Positions 61,739 through 61,771 of a DNA stretch of 61,771 nucleotides are shown here, piece by piece. Within the stretch, counting starts at the first letter, position 1, and the number at the start of each line of letters is the position of its first letter. Source of the DNA: an uncultured Gammaproteobacteria bacterium (GTDB taxonomy: Bacteria; Pseudomonadota; Gammaproteobacteria; SZUA-140); the NCBI GenBank assembly GCA_947258425.1, contig CAMYIG010000002.1, positions 3,154 through 64,924 on the forward strand, written 5' to 3'. Position numbers and translations under genes: made by a program. The notes under the pieces were generated by a model that saw only the letters and a program-made list of their open reading frames with translations, did no database searches and was not told the DNA's origin.

Positions 61739-61771
61739 ATGAAACAAGCACAGCAGCAATCTCAACTCAAG
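61739..61771 (+). CDS. rpoD: RNA polymerase sigma factor RpoD, first 11 codons (runs off the window)
   Basis: MKQAQQQSQLK resembles the RpoD N-terminus (..QSQLK). It occupies the canonical rpsU-dnaG-rpoD position. Confidence 0.7.
   Translation, partial: MKQAQQQSQLK

Overview
This is a 61.8-kb chromosomal window from a gammaproteobacterium. I infer that from gene content and order; no species call is possible. Most of it is conserved housekeeping synteny. One block is prs / tRNA-Gln / ispE / lolB / TPR, divergent from hemA-prfA-prmC. A second is gatCAB, divergent from mreBCD-mrdA-rodA-mltB-rlpA-dac-(aminotransferase)-ybeD-lipB-lipA. A third is folM / folK-folB / plsY / tsaD, and the last is rpsU-yqeY-dnaG-rpoD. 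Two visibly AT-rich blocks of cell-envelope genes interrupt this backbone. Spot counts gave 30-35% GC in 60-nt lines inside them, against 62% in one gatA line. Island 1 (about 8.1-17.4 kb, minus strand) is one tightly packed operon: a 474-aa secreted helical protein, a 934-aa TPR lipoprotein, a 206-aa TPR lipoprotein, a 107-aa secreted protein, ExbB, two ExbD, a TonB-like protein and a DUF4124/coiled-coil/trypsin-like protease. No TonB-dependent receptor is present anywhere in the window. Island 2 (about 42.1-53.2 kb, minus strand) lies inside a roughly 19-kb expansion of the normally short tsaD-rpsU interval. It encodes an orphan secreted Gly/Thr-rich protein, two tandem LolA-like proteins, an RHH plus zinc-ribbon regulator with a perfect palindromic operator, a 496-aa outer-membrane (OM) barrel, an MMPL/HAE3-type RND transporter, a 303-aa OM barrel and a 912-aa TPR-plus-barrel fusion. 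Next to it is a DrrA-type ABC exporter whose ATPase carries a 120-aa Trp-rich acidic tail. I consider these two islands, possibly working together, the best candidates for an undescribed trans-envelope system. No CRISPR array, transposase, integrase or rRNA was seen.
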